A DNA stretch of 59,042 nucleotides, the filler included, from Porpidia crustulata (Eukaryota), in NCBI GenBank assembly GCA_964255105.1. It is 7 parts of 7 records of this genome, joined end to end, with 100 filler letters (N's around TTAATTAATTAA, not from the genome) between each part and the next. Parts side by side here need not be neighbours in the genome. Positions count along the whole stretch, not along the records: positions 8,476 to 16,849 come from CAXUWE010001130.1; positions 16,950 to 25,308 come from CAXUWE010001131.1; 5 more parts are not named here. One strand, written 5' to 3'. Positions 10,872-24,401 of the stretch are shown here, in pieces (position 1 is the first letter of the stretch; each line of letters starts with the position of its first letter). Below the pieces are notes generated by a model, which saw only the letters and a program-made list of their open reading frames with translations, did not search any database and had not been told where the DNA came from. The translations under genes and the position numbers were made by a program.

Positions 10872-13669
10872 CGTCACTCAGCTCCGGTAATTTACGAGAT
10901 AGTCAAAAGAATATGTGCCAAGACGGGACGACAGCCACATATATATTAAAGATTTCGAGAATTAATATGACGAGAACAATCGGCGATGAGTAGAAGACTC
11001 GGGGCAGTTGTGACAGTGACAGATACTTTGATTGGGACGCAGGAAAGGAGAGTGTGCGACGGGGATGTTAGCGAGCAAGGGAGATATGGAGATATGGAAG
11101 AGCGGAGAGACAGGCACAATGGAGGTTTAGCAATATAAACAGCATGACGCTTTAATTCCGAACGAGTAGGTAGGTAAGGTAGCTAGATAGGGACGTAGGT
11201 AGTTAGGTAGGTACCTTGGACCTTATAACGGGCATCGGTGGGGCGGTCGCGCTCCTTCGCTTCCCTATCAGACAACTTATCTCCCGGCCTGTTCGATGAC
11301 GCCTTCCCTTTGAACCTTGGTTCAATATTTGAATGCCGGGGGGAGAGGGGGGCGGTAGTTTCATGGGCAAGACTGGGAGTCGAGAATGTTGTCGAGGGTG
11401 TGCACAGATGTACAGTGGTGGGACAAACAACCAGTGATACAAGCGGATCCGGGGTGAGGATGCGTTCTGGCGTTCTCCAGCTTGTTGACCGCATGGTGCG
11501 GTGTACGTACATTGTAGTCAGTCCTGACTACAATTACGTGCAGTAGCCTGTCGTCCATGCATTTGACGTCGGTGTTGATTATTCTCTTTCTAAGCAGAAC
11601 GAATGCGACAGTTAGACCGTTGTACGTGTTCACCGCTACTACCGCTACTGTATTAGAACTACAACTGAGGTGAATTGCTAGGGATACTGGTGTGACCGGG
11701 CAGGTATGGACCGGCGCAGCCCCAAGCGTGCCTTAGTGATTCGTTGGTTTACAGGTACGGGGATTGAATAGGCAATATGGAATTGTCTCATCGCCGTAAG
11801 TTGCATGTGCCAAAGTCCCTCAAATTGTGAGAAGCTTAGATAGGTCGCATCCCCCTGTGATTTCGTGATAATGATCCCAAACATCGCTACGCACAAACAT
11901 CACTTCTTTTGCCGTTGCTGTACTCTACTGTACAACCAAGGAAATGGGAAGGCCAGATCTAAACTATGATAGGTGGATGATAGTGCCAGATGGCTGTGAT
12001 CAAGCTTTTGATTAGATACGGGTGGCTGAATATCGTCAGAGTCTAGTCTCAACTCTAGTCGTTACGTCAACGACCGAATGACGCCATCTCCGTGTTCTAG
12101 CTCAAATCGACTCGACTCCCAGTATGCGTGTACGCCTATGCCTTGCGTACTCTTCAGCGTGTACACTGCGCACTCTTTGACGATACCGCTATCCTTACCT
12201 ACCTTACGTGCTTATTAGCGCTGGCTGTCACATCTGCGCGACTCAACACCGAGCAATTCCGCCGTTCCCGTGACATGAACAGAAAGACATTGAGTGGCCT
12301 TTGCAAGTCGCACGGATATAATTACATTGCATGGTAGAAAACTTCCATCGTCGCGGGTACTGACATCCTGATCGTGGCCGTTGCTGCTCCTTCAGTACAA
12401 TAGTACGAGGACATGCTTCATTTTTTCTGTGATTGCCATTGGACTAAGCGGGAATATTTGGGTGACATCCTGTAACGCAGGACCGTCGTAAGAATCAGAA
12501 AACTCGCGAGGGAGGACGTAAGTGGAGCCGTGGTCACTGATGCGTCTCTATAAAAGTTTTCAATAGCTAGTACTCTACAACAACGACGCTCTGCAAATGA
12601 CTGAGGCATTGGTGGCATGTGCTATGTATGTAGGAGGATGTCTGCCGTCAACTGCTCTCTCGGCAGTATTGTCACGCGCTGCGAAAAAGTATCTCCCAGA
12701 TCACTTAGGCACGGATTCTGCGCTGCTAGGATATGATGGCCGTCAACTATCTCAAGCTCTATATAGTAAGATGAGTATTCTGTAGTGTTGAAGGATCGTC
12801 TGGATATATCATGATTCAGCGAAGACACCGCAGTACAACAAAAAGCAGGGAACATCGGGGAGATCTGATGTACAGAAAGACTTCTACAATGCATCATGAT
12901 GCATTTTCCGTCAGAGTGTATTCAGGCTTCATCTGTATTATATCAAAATCTACATCTTTCCACCTAACAGTCAGACGATCATGAGGATTTTCTGCGAACA
13001 TACCTTCAAATCCCTAATATTCAAACCCCGTTTCTAGATCCTCAGGTATCGGTCGTAGCAGTCTGCGTATCTATCTAGGATAAAAGCCATCGCTGAAAGT
13101 ACGGAGCCTGATAATCCTGATGGCCTTGGGATATCTAGATAGAATAACCACAGCAAATCATTTCCTGAATGATTAGTGTTGGTTTCGCCTGCTATCTTCA
13201 ACCCTGTTTGGTTTCATATTTTTACAGCTACGCCTTGACGCCCATTAATTAAATACATTGAACTTTCCTCGCAAGCAATGAAACCTCACACGGCTGCAGC
13301 GTTTGAATCGACAGCCAAACTCGTCAGAGACCGGAACTAACAGCGCCTTTTTGTTTCAGTGTACTTGAACAACAGCGAAAGCACGTCAACCAATTAAATC
13401 TAATGTGCGCTTTGTAGATGTTCTGATTGTTCGGCTTTCAATGCATTGGCGTTCAAAGCTCTGGTTATGTTAGGTTTCAAACGTCAGCCTTGATGCAGGG
13501 AAAGTGTCTAATTTGGACCCTGGCACGCCTAGAAGCCAGCCATAGTGTACGCGAAGCGAACGCGCCTCAAGCGCTGTTCAATCGCAGATAGCTTCCCAAG
13601 CAATAATTAATGTTCATTGATGTAAATACCGAGACTAGCTAAGCACTGCTTCTTTGACCGAAAGGCATC

Positions 13670-15328
13670 ATGGCAGCCACAGTGACCATAGAAAGAGTCT
13701 ACTTTGAGACTCTGCTTCGTCGGTGAGTCGATTCATCGCCAGCTTCCTAATGAAGCTACCCATAAAATTACACTGATGAACTCTGCAGAGCTGAATTTGT
13801 GAGTTACCTTCCCGAGATCCGAGATGAAGTGTTGATGCTTCCACTTCCAGGTCGCTCACGTTACCTGTAGGATGTTTCGGGTGCAAATTTGACTACTCCA
13901 GTAGATCTACCTACTGTGAGCATCCCAAAGATCGACCATGACAACCTTGTGAGTTCATCCCGGAGATTTATGATCCACCACTAACGTCCAACGTTCAGAT
14001 ACGTATATCGCAAGAGTACAGTAGGTACCTTGTTCCCTTCTGGGTATATATTGTACCTAGCATCATCCAGCGGCCTTCGGCTGCCCGATACTTTTGCTCT
14101 ATCTGACATTATGTTCAGCAAGCCTAAGGGAGGCTTTGTATCGTGGAGGCATAGCGCCCGAGACGCTGGAGGTATTCCGAGTTTTCCTATGGGAGAGGTT
14201 TTACGGTGCTTACACATTCTCAGATCCTTCTACGCGGCAATATAGTCACGCAACCCCAAGCTGACGTCTACGCCGCGAGGGGTGGCCCAACAAGATCAGG
14301 CGCAAATTTGTTGAGCCCTCCTCAAAACGCTTCAACAAATCTTTCTCGCTCTGCCAATGCTGGAGATCTCACAGAGTCAGGGTGGCCGTCAACATTCCAG
14401 TTTGGAGCGGGTCATTTAAGGGACAAAAATGGACTTTACAATCGGCAATACAGCTTTATTCAGGACGATAGCTCGTTTCTCTCTGAACCAGAAAAAGATG
14501 AGCAATGGATTCCCATGCCAAGAAATGATAAGCCGCAGTATGCAAGAAATGAGCAGCGAACCATTCTTGTCAGAAATCTCTCAGACCGTGCAACTCACAA
14601 GGATTTTGTCGATATTGTTCGTGGCGGTCCTGTCTTGGATATCTTTCTTCGTCTGAATGAGCGAAGTGCTAGCGTTTCGTTCCTCGAAGGATCCGCTGCG
14701 CAGGATTTTATGAACTATGTCAGGCGAAACGACATTTACGTTCATGGCAAACGGGTAGGCAAACAGAGTCCATTGTTGAACAGGCCTCGCTGACGTAAAT
14801 CTATAGCTCGAATTTTCTTGGAATGATCGTCAATTCATCCTACCAGGCCACGTTGCTAATAAAATCGGAATTGGCGCTACGCGAAATCTGGTAGTACGTG
14901 GCGTGCATCCGAACATTACTGATGAGCGTCTTCGTGAAGATCTCGATCATATCCACAACCTTGTTATAATTAGCATCTCGTTCCAGAAAGGTGATGCATT
15001 CATCTCCTTGAATTCCATCCACAACGCCCTATTTGCACGCACCTGTATGATGTCTCGAGCTACCTACAAAGGTATGAAAATCGAGTGGTATCCAGACGAA
15101 TGTACACAGCCTCTACCAAAATCACAGTCTACGCCTAAGAGCGAGAACGCACAGCAACCATCTAAGAAGTCCCAGTCTATGGTGAATCGTTTCCAGATGC
15201 TCAACATCGATGGCACAGAGGATGGCTCAGAGGAAGACGAGGAAGACCGGACTGCGGTAAGCGCAGCATTCTCAGGCTTTAGACTGGACCACCGCTCGCC
15301 ATGGAATGTTAACAGCATTGCGGCCTGA
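13670..15328 (+). CDS. RRM-domain RNA-binding protein (Nrd1-like, Pezizomycotina), multi-exon
   Basis: Spliced reading MAATVTIERVYFETLLRR..IRISQEY..LREALYRGGI; RRM-like RTILVRNLS..SASVSF and ATRNLVV..AFISLNSI. Confidence 0.75.
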
Positions 15329-15892
15329 TCGCTTGCTCTTCATGGTACATCCACCTCTTCGATTATGGCGTACATGGCGTCGCTGTCAATCATATATCTT
15401 TGCCATCTGGGGGCGCACTGTACATGGCTTGTTATGATGACGAAAAGAAAATCGGGCTCACTTCTTTGGTCAAGGGGTGGAAAGGATGAGGATCATGCCA
15501 GTATTCAGCATACATTTTCACGCTATTGTGACATTTTTTTTATCATACCCCTTTTCCTGTAGTGATTGTATGTAGATACCCCTTTTTATGTACTTCGCTA
15601 CTTGTTACATTGGGTTTCATGAGGAACCAGGGGGAATTTTCAAGGCATGTCACGAGTCAGGACTGGAACGGCGAAAGAATATTAATGTGAAGTCTCAATT
15701 CTTCCATTTCTCAAATCTTTTATTTTATTGTCAAAGTACTTGATTCATAGCCGCTATGTTGAGGCTTCAAGCCTTATATCGTCCCGCCATTGGCAAAATC
15801 CAGCGTGCTAAGAAACTTACAGTCTTCCCAAACATATAGCCACACGAGATATCCACAATCCATTTTCACAATCTGTTTCTCCGCCAAGCGGT

Positions 15893-16849
15893 CTATAATT
15901 TTGCCGCTCGATCTGGCCCCCCATGCCGATACTCATAGTGCCAATCGTTACCTGCCATATCCTCTCTTACCTTATATTGCCGCTCTGCCTCATCGACCAA
16001 TCGCATGTCAAGGTCTACAATACTCATGCCTTCCTCATGGGTATCCTTTGTCTCGCTACCCAGCGCTCCAACAAATGGAACCGCGACCCGACTGAGACCA
16101 GCATACGGCGAATCCTGCGATCCCTGCAGCCCGCCAGCATTCACGAATACAACGGCGCAGGTATTTTCGAACGCGCGGGCGGTCACCGCCGTTTCCAGGA
16201 AGAGAGCTTCGGCCCTGGGGTTTTGGGAAAGGCCGTACGGGGAACAGTCGTTCAGGGTCCAGAATGTGGGGATGATGATGATTTTTGCGCCTCCGGCGAT
16301 CAGCTCGCGGAACGCTTCCGGGAACGCAAGATCCCAGCAGATGAGCATTCCCACCGGACCGAGGGGGGTGGAAATGGCCATGTGAGGGTCGTGGGTGCTG
16401 GACGTGAGGTGTGGGCGTTCGGGATGCCTGTCGGATCGAAGAGGAAACCTTAGCGACATCGTTTGGAGACGCGGGGGAATGATCGTAAAGGAAGGTAGAT
16501 GCGCATACCAAAGATTTTTCTTCTCATACCGCCCCAGGATCTCACCATCATTCCCGATGAAGTACGCCACATTAATCAACCGATCCTCCTCCGTCGCCGC
16601 ATCCTGATGCCTCTCCACGATCGTCCCCGGCACAATGCATATCTTGAGCTCCTTCGCCAACGCCCTGTACCTGTCGAGATACAATTCCCATTGATCGCAA
16701 ATTTTGCCGAACTCAGGATCGTCGGGTACCCAGTTCGGGAGGTGATATTCGGGCAGCACGGCGAGTTCGGCGCCGCGCGAGGCGGCGTCGGTGATGAATT
16801 GGGCGGCGCGGGCGTAATTGGACACGGGTTGCATGGGCTGCGGGGGGAG
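15893..16849 (-). CDS. Carbon-nitrogen hydrolase (nitrilase superfamily); 5' end at contig edge
   Basis: Glu-Lys-Cys triad: VLPEY, YEKKNLW, LICWDLAFPE. One in-frame intron near 16430-16505. Confidence 0.9.
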   Translation of the reverse strand, partial: LPPQPMQPVSNYARAAQFITDAASRGAELAVLPEYHLPNWVPDDPEFGKICDQWELYLDRYRALAKELKICIVPGTIVERHQDAATEEDRLINVAYFIGNDGEILGRYEKKNLWYAHLPSFTIIPPRLQTMSLRFPLRSDRHPERPHLTSSTHDPHMAISTPLGPVGMLICWDLAFPEAFRELIAGGAKIIIIPTFWTLNDCSPYGLSQNPRAEALFLETAVTARAFENTCAVVFVNAGGLQGSQDSPYAGLSRVAVPFVGALGSETKDTHEEGMSIVDLDMRLVDEAERQYKVREDMAGNDWHYEYRHGGPDRAAKL

Positions 16850-16949
16850 NNNNNNNNNNNNNNNNNNNNNNNNNNNNNNNNNNNNNNNNNNNNTTAATTA
16901 ATTAANNNNNNNNNNNNNNNNNNNNNNNNNNNNNNNNNNNNNNNNNNNN
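16850..16949. other. Artificial contig linker
   Basis: N run with central TTAATTAATTAA. Confidence 0.99.
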
Positions 16950-17409
16950 GACGAACGGCGGTACCGAGGTCCCGCAAACAACGGTTCAAATCCAACGCAT
17001 GCCGTTTACCCGTGTCCGCGGCCACGACGACGAACAATTTTACCTGGAAGTGATGCCCGGGACTTCGGTCACTGTGTCCGCGCCGTTCGGTCGGGGCAAC
17101 ACCGTGCGTCCGCGGCCGCGAGCGGTGGTTGAACGGGGTTGGGAGGTCGATGGGGATGGTAATAAGCTTGGGATACGCCGGAGTCGCCAGGTGCAGGGTG
17201 TGGATGGGCTGGAAGCTGGGCATCGGTATCGGTTGGATGTGGTGGCGGGGAAGTTGGCTGGAGTGTGGTGGCGCTGGGGCAGGAAGGATGATGTGTTGGT
17301 TGATCATGAGAGCGCTGCGGCCGATCGGATGCTGTATTCGTTGCCTTCGGAGGTTGTGCCGTTGGAGTTTGAGCCGATTGAGGGGATTGAGTTTGGCGTA
17401 GAGGATTGA
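16950..17409 (+). CDS. 3' part of a hypothetical protein
   Basis: Open frame running from the contig edge (..VDGLEAGHRYRL..WWRWGRKDDVL..) to a stop at 17409. Confidence 0.6.
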
Positions 17410-17660
17410 CTATTGCAAAGATATCGAATCTGAGTTGGGACATTGGTTTGCTGGCCGCCGTCAAAGTCTGTGAATGTATAAATCTTCAAAAGTGTTGCCC
17501 CGACACGCTTGAAAGAAGCAGCAAAATGACGAGTCAGTATATGAGATTTTGCTAGTAGGAGAGAAGTTCAGAGCGACTGTAATGAGCTTATGTAGATTTT
17601 GAAGTTTCCATGGTATTCCCAGCCCAACTTTTTCAGCGCATTTGTAATTCACGCAGAGAA

Positions 17661-19353
17661 CTAAGCAAACCTACTCTCGGCGCCCTTAATGCAGCTCATA
17701 TTAGCCTCTAATTTGTTCATTGTTTCCAGCCACTCATCGTATGGGTCGCTGTCAAAGACGATCCCGCCTCCTGCCTGTAGGTAAGCATTTCCGTCTTTGA
17801 TAACCATCGTCCTCAGCGCGATGCTTGTATCCATAGCTCCTTCCCCTTCCCTACCTTCACTATCAACATTACCATATCCAAAATACCCAACAGCCCCAGC
17901 GTACACCCCTCTCTTTTCCTTTTCCAACTCGGCTATGAGCTGCATGGCTCTCACTTTCGGTGCGCCCGAGACAGTTCCGGCAGGAAAGATGCTGCGGAAA
18001 GCATGAAAGCGGGTTTTATCAGGCCGGAGGACACCTGAGACTTGAGAAACAAGATGTTGGACATGGGAGAATTTCTCCACTACCATTAGTCTGTCGACAC
18101 GGGTCGAGAGTGGATCGCAGACGCGATTGACGTCATTGCGGGCAAGATCTACGAGCATGACATGCTCTGCCCTGTCCTTTGTGGAGTTCAGTAGTTCGCT
18201 AGCCAGCTCCTCATCTTCACTCTCAGTCTTCCCACGCTTGACAGTGCCAGCAATCGGATGAGTAATGATTCGCCCGGCCTCAGCTTTAACAAGAAGCTCG
18301 GGGGAAGCGCCGACAATCTGAAAATTGCCGCAATCGACGTAGAAGAGGTAAGGAGAAGGGTTTACAGTACGAAGGTGGCGATATATATTGAAAGGGTGGA
18401 GGGAGGTTGGACGGGTGAATCGCTGGGAAGGAACTGCTTGGATGATGTCACCATGAGTGATGTGGGCTTTGAGGGTCCGTACATGAGTCTCGTAACCGCA
18501 TTGGCCGATGTTGGAAGTATACTGCTGGTTCGGTTTTATTGGCGGTTGGATGGGAAGCGGGACTTCAGGAGACTGGAGAGTCGAGATTGTGGACAACAAG
18601 GTCAGGCATGCGGTATCATATGCGGTAGACAGTGCCTCAGGAGAGATGGGTGATTGGGGTACATGGAGGTAGGTGATTATCTGAAGCTTCTTGTAGAAGT
18701 GATCGAAGGCGACGATGGTGTTGTAAAGCATGAATAGCGATTCCGGGACTTCGAGGACGTCATTCATGGGGCGCGCCGTTTTGGGCTCGAAATAACGAAC
18801 ACAATCATAGCCCACATAGCCAACTGCTCCTCCAGTAAGAGGCGGGAGACAAAGACCTGGGATAACGGCTTCGCGATACTGAGCGAGCTCCTTTTGAAGA
18901 ATGGTGAGGGGATCAGCTTCAGGACCGTAGCCAGGACCTGTCTTCAGCACCTTCCTAGGATCTTGTAGCTTTTAGTCAGATGCTGATAGTTCGGGATATG
19001 CCGCGCATCCCACCTGCACCAACAAAGCTGTATCTTCCTATCGATGTAGGAGATGCCGCGCTTTCAAACAGGAAAGAGAGCCTAGATTTGGTCCTGGGTT
19101 CCGTTAGAAGGCTTCACATAATCGTTGCAATTTTTTCGCGCACTTTGCTGACAGCTTCAGGTATGCAGTCTCAGGCGTTAGGAAATCAGAAGGTATTGTA
19201 GCACAGAGAGGTACGAGGTTCGGGGGCTTGGGTAGCTTTTCTGATGATGATAGAACTTCTTTCACTGCTTCCAAGGAGGGTCGAATGTTGAACTACATCT
19301 CCGTTAGCCTCTGATGGCAAGCATGTAAAGACACGACTGACTTCGGGGGCCAT
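17661..19353 (-). CDS. TRP2: Anthranilate synthase component I, multi-exon
   Basis: GGAVGYVGYD, GDIIQAVPSQRF, NPSPY, KDRAEHVMLVDLARND, FPAGTVSGAPK, QAGGGIV. 5' exons MAPE/FNIRPSL. The exact 3' end is uncertain. Confidence 0.95.
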
Positions 19354-19661
19354 CTCTTCCTTGGAACCTTATACAAGACCGATACACGATGAAAGTATCT
19401 GCATTCCCTAGAGAGAAGCGACAGGGTTGAACAATGGCCTCCAATCGGATGTCAGCCCTACACGGCTATCGTTACCCTGATCCACACCAGGATTATGACA
19501 CTTTCTGCCCAGATGGCCCTGAACCCCACATTTAGCCTCAATTCAAGCAACAGCCAGACAATTGCGTACAACTGCTTTACTCGCAACAACGACGTCAAAT
19601 TCAAGCCGATTTACTCAAAAGCTTACAGCGAACTTGGAAATACGTCGTAGTTGAGTTTACA

Positions 19662-20580
19662 ATGAGCGTGTTACCCTTAATCGGCCTGCGCACCTCGGCG
19701 CATACGTTGTCGCATACCTCGCAACCACGATCTTCCTCATCCGACTACTTCACACAATCGACAAATACTACAGGAGCTTTGGGAGACCCACAAGCGCAAT
19801 TGCTGGAGCGATGGAAAGCCTTGGGATCATGCATCTTCACAGAACGCATCTCATGGAAGACGGTTGTGAATTTGAACCGCAAACTTGACCAGGTAGAAAA
19901 CATATTGGAAGAGGCGGTCGTTGAGAAAGGGATAGTACATGAAGTCAAGTACGAGCCTGGATTGGGCATTTGGGACACGCTTGACAGCAGACAGCCTTTA
20001 AAAGCGACTGGGGAGGTGACGCCGCCCGTGTCGGAGCAACCTGGTTCATCGATCGAAGATAATCCAACCTCTCAGTGCGACTCGGCGCTGATCGAACGGA
20101 TTACGCGTGCCGTAGAGCAACTCCGACAGAGACAGCGAGAGTTCAAGGTTTGTGACCAGGAGCAACTCTGGTGATACGTAGAAGCTGATTCATGGCAAGC
20201 ACTTCCACGATATCGCGATAGCCCAGACCAATGAGGACGCTCGACAGCTCTCAGTACTAAAGACGCAAAAAGAAAATCTGTAAGAATCAACCCCTGAAAT
20301 TATTCGTCTGTAGTGGAAATTGTACCGCTGACTTCATGCAATGAAACGCAGGCAGAAAGACGTAGTGGACGACGAGGCCGAACTTACATATCTCAAGCTG
20401 AAACTGAGAATCATCGAGATCCAAACACTGCCGTACGTCCCAAGGAAGGACCATAACGATCTATCAGTGGGAATTGAAAGATGGAAACTTGATTGGGCAG
20501 ATGTTGATAAGCGATATCGCAAACGAAGGTGGAAAAGAGATGTGGTTGTCAACGAGGACAGACTGAATGGGCCAATATGA
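19662..20580 (+). CDS. Hypothetical coiled-coil protein, multi-exon
   Basis: 170-aa and 79-aa ORF segments separated by likely introns; helical motifs LNRKLDQVE and EAELTYLKLKLRIIE. Confidence 0.6.
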
Positions 20581-20852
20581 AAAGCGATCGGCGAAGGTTA
20601 GACTGACAGCTCCCACTAGCTACCTTGAAAAGGTGGTCTCTGCTTGGCCTAGAACATGATCAAACCTCGTAGGCAGAGATGACTAAGTTGTAACAGTGAA
20701 CGACCTTTCCCCGTTCTTTTTCGTGCCAGCGGAAACATTTCACAATATTCTGTTTCGCGCAGCTTTCCTTCAATACATGTTCTCTCAATAACCATCTGAG
20801 CACAGCGGTATCTACTCCTGGCCGTGAGGTCCAAGATAGCGCTGTGTGGGTT

Positions 20853-21596
20853 TCAGAAAAGGATCTCTCCGGCGTGCTCGACCTCAAATCCCAGATCTTG
20901 AAGCTTGCTGTGTCTCATCTTGTCCGATTCTTTCCTATCTTGAGCTTCTTTCATCGATAGCGCATGCACTTCCTCCGGAGATGCCCTTCGATAGGGTTCC
21001 GGGATGTAATCGTCTTTGTCAAGATCCTTAAACGAGGAAGAATTAGTGAGGTAATTATGCCAATAGTGACGTTCAAAGGCCTTACTATTTCTCCCAGCAG
21101 CAGAACATTCTCTCCTCTAACTAGAAATATCCCTCTCGAGATATCGGCATAGAAGTCTTGTACAAATATGCGTTCAACGGTGTCTTGTAAGACTAGGTTG
21201 GCTGTTTGGTTGAAAGGCATCAGTCTGGCTTTTGCGGAGTGTGAAGCGCCTGTATGAGTATACCAAATTGATCCCAGCTCCTCAAAACACCAATCAGCTT
21301 CCTTCCATCTCGGAGAACGAGAACAAGCTTCTCTGCATATTGCCCAACGTTGGTCCCACGGTCAGTACACCAGATCTCTCAGGATAATATTTTTTAGGTT
21401 CTTATGCGGTGAGTCTCACTGTCCGTCAAGTCTAGTAGTTGGGCAGCGGTTGTAAACATCTGCCCAGTCAATGATTGTGATTGTCACGGACTGCGATATC
21501 TCATACCTGCGGAGGCAATTGCGGAGGACCCCCGGATGGGTACACATTGTTCGGTCCTCCACCTTGTGGATGGTCTTGTAGAGACAAATTCTCCAT
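20853..21596 (-). CDS. LSM1: Sm-like protein Lsm1, multi-exon
   Basis: Spliced [80 protein letters not shown]. Confidence 0.93.
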
Positions 21597-22330
21597 GACA
21601 TTGGAGATCTTCCGCGTATACAAACGAATCAGCTTCTTTCTCTTTTTACAGCCATAGATCGCGAGATCTCATCGTGTCTGGTATGTGATGAGGTTATGAG
21701 GCGGGTCGCAGCGTTGTTTGTGTGCAGTGAATTACTTCTTCCGGTAAAGCGCCGACTAGAGTAGAGTAGTCTGCAGCTCGCCGCCTCCGCATTCTGGTGC
21801 TTCTTCTCGCCTTGATGAAGCACTCGCATTACTATTTTACTCATGACAATGCTTCGCATATGGTATAAGATAGGCCTTTTGGCCCTTTCACAGTGTCTAG
21901 ATGGCTTTGCAATGATTTACAAAGATCACAGCCTCGCGCATTAGGTACTCCAAGGCTTGTATTACACCCATTGGTGACGACATTGTGGCATCATCAGAAC
22001 AAAAATCGGCTGATTGCAAATAACATCAGAGCTGCGTCTCGAGAGCAATTCTCGAAATATAAACGCAGAGCTCACGATTGAGCGACCAAAGTCGCAGTGG
22101 ACTTTAACAAAGGCCCATGAGCATCACTGAATTGTATCTAGCTAATGATGAATTATCTTCCCTTAGAATGTAAGTCCTCAAGATCGCCGAGTCGATAGTT
22201 TGCATGTGGACATGTTTCATAATAGGCCTTGCGCGGGAATAATTCGAGCTTAATTGCAGCTACGAACATGTGTGGTGGCTGGAATAGGCAGCTAAGCACC
22301 CACAGAACGAACCTTTGATCTCAATCTAGC

Positions 22331-23059
22331 TCAAAGCCGTTCGATGATCTCTACAAGACTCGTCATGTCCTCCAAGAAGAAGTCGTTCTCCTTTTTCACT
22401 ACCTCCATATCTTCATTAATGTCGTCAGTCCACCTATGGATATACACGGTCTTCATTCCGGCGTCTTTTCCCCCTCGAACATCGGATGCATGCGCAGCAA
22501 CCATAACGGACTCGTCTGGCTTCACGTTGACCAGCTCTAATGTCTTACGATAGCTCTTTGGAGCAGGTTTATACACTCCCAGCAATTTACTCGAGAACAG
22601 CATGTTAAATCGCAAGCCTGACGACTTGCAGAGGTCAAGCTGCAATCGGGTTGTACCATTCGCAAAGACGAAAACCTCATAACCTGCGTCCTTCAGCTGT
22701 TCGATGACTGGAGGGACTTCCGGCCAGGCTGGCATTGAGTGCCATGCAGCTACACACTGATGCTTGATGCCGTCGTCGAACAAATATTTGTGTTCTGGGT
22801 GCTTCTCCAGCAACTCTTCTAGAGTCTTGCGGAGCGTGATGTCGATATCTTCAGGAGGCTCATTGGCGGCGAGGCGGGCAGTATTGGCATCAAAGTAGTT
22901 ATGACGCCACTCCAAAGCCAGGGCTGATCTCTCGCTTTCAGCAATTGATTGTGGTAACACTTTGACTGCTCCACTATGCCAGTCTAGGCATGTGCCCATG
23001 AAGTCAAAGAAGACTGCTCTGATCTTCTTGTTTGTCATATTTTCGTGCTGCCCTGACAT
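22331..23059 (-). CDS. Haloacid dehalogenase type II (HAD superfamily)
   Basis: VFFDFMGTCLDW, FANG, YKPAP, MVAAHASD. Single exon. Confidence 0.9.
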   Translation of the reverse strand: MSGQHENMTNKKIRAVFFDFMGTCLDWHSGAVKVLPQSIAESERSALALEWRHNYFDANTARLAANEPPEDIDITLRKTLEELLEKHPEHKYLFDDGIKHQCVAAWHSMPAWPEVPPVIEQLKDAGYEVFVFANGTTRLQLDLCKSSGLRFNMLFSSKLLGVYKPAPKSYRKTLELVNVKPDESVMVAAHASDVRGGKDAGMKTVYIHRWTDDINEDMEVVKKENDFFLEDMTSLVEIIERL

Positions 23060-24084
23060 TAACTATGCCGGATTCGATGAGGCAATTGTAACCTGAGATA
23101 CAATCAACATTGCTAACTTTACTAGGCGTTGTCTACCATCGTGTTGAGGTTAATTAATATCGTAAAGGTATCTCAAATTGTACTGACACAGGGGTCCACT
23201 CCGATCACCGAGGATATTTAGAATTATAATCAAGAATTGAATATCATGAACCTACGTGATCGTTAAGAGTATATAAACCTAGTGATCCCCAAATGAAACA
23301 GGGAGTGGCTAACCCTATTACTACAATTGATCTCAGGGAGGTTTTCTGACAGAGTCGTGAAACGAAGCACCTACAGCAGGAAGCAACAGCCAAGGTTTTG
23401 AAACAGGAAAAATGGGGAGAGGAGAGGTAAGTAGACATTAACGATGGAGGCTCTATTCCGCTTGATGCAAATAGATATTTTAAGCAACAGATTACTCAGG
23501 CTGAATTAATAATGAGTGCGCACGTTAGCAAGGATCCTTAATGTACACTTATAAAAAATAGCCTTAGTGGCCGCGCTGAGATTTTGGGAAGTCTCATTGA
23601 ATCGGAATATCTCGATAGCCAGTCGTCAAATACCTTTTTCTGAAGATTAATCACGACCATCAGATTTATTGCGTGCGACAAATTAACTTTAGGCATTGAG
23701 CCCCGCCCTCCGCTTCTGCTGATCTTATCCCCGGGGTTTGGCTTCTGTCACTACACGCTCGAATGCTCCCAATACATCTTTATATATTACTCTTCTTGTA
23801 ATCTTTTGCAATGTCTTCATATATAGCGAACTTCATTCATGCTCTCATAGAGCCAGACGAAGCTATTGTTCAAGAGGACATTCGGTTCATTGAAGATCTT
23901 CTAATCTTTTCTCACTTTCTCTTATTTTTCCTTTTTTCTCTGATCTTCTCGTCAATTTCAGACTTTATCTTGCAGCTCGCAGGCGATTTTCATTTATCTT
24001 CAGTCTATTTTCGACATCGATCTCTCATCATTACAATGAGCGTTTCTGCATTTTGATGACGCGTATTCTAAAGCAGCCAATTTC

Positions 24085-24401
24085 TTGACGAATGAGAGCC
24101 ACAACGAACAGACGGATTCCGATATCGACTTTGAACACTTTTCATTCTATGCTGGCCACAGTACAGAGCTTGCGCATCGATTGGCGCAGCACGACAGCAC
24201 TCTGTATCGAAGCAAGTACCCTAGCTTACGTTACTGGGATTCGAGGATAAATTCACTGACTATGTCATCCCCGCAGAAAATATTTCAGTAAGTGGATATC
24301 AATCTAGGATCCTTCACATCCTCGAGATGTTTGCAAGTCTGACCTCCCAGAGACTTGATCCCAAGGACCTTAAAAAATACCTTCCCGAAGATGAGGGGTA
24401 A
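24085..24401 (+). pseudogene. Degenerate GIY-YIG-like nuclease-domain gene fragment
   Basis: FYAGHSTELAHRLAQH..YRSKYPSLRY resembles the YxGxSxxLxxRxxQH core. A second block LHILEMFASL..KYLP lies in another frame after a stop. Confidence 0.4.

Noticed and set aside
16983..16993. GGTTCAAATCC, resembling a tRNA T-loop/B-box
   Set aside because: Lies inside a coding frame with no cloverleaf context. No tRNA or rRNA was found in the window.
22331..23059. Horizontal transfer of the intronless HAD dehalogenase
   Set aside because: Lack of introns alone is not evidence, the family is common in fungi, and no compositional anomaly was seen.
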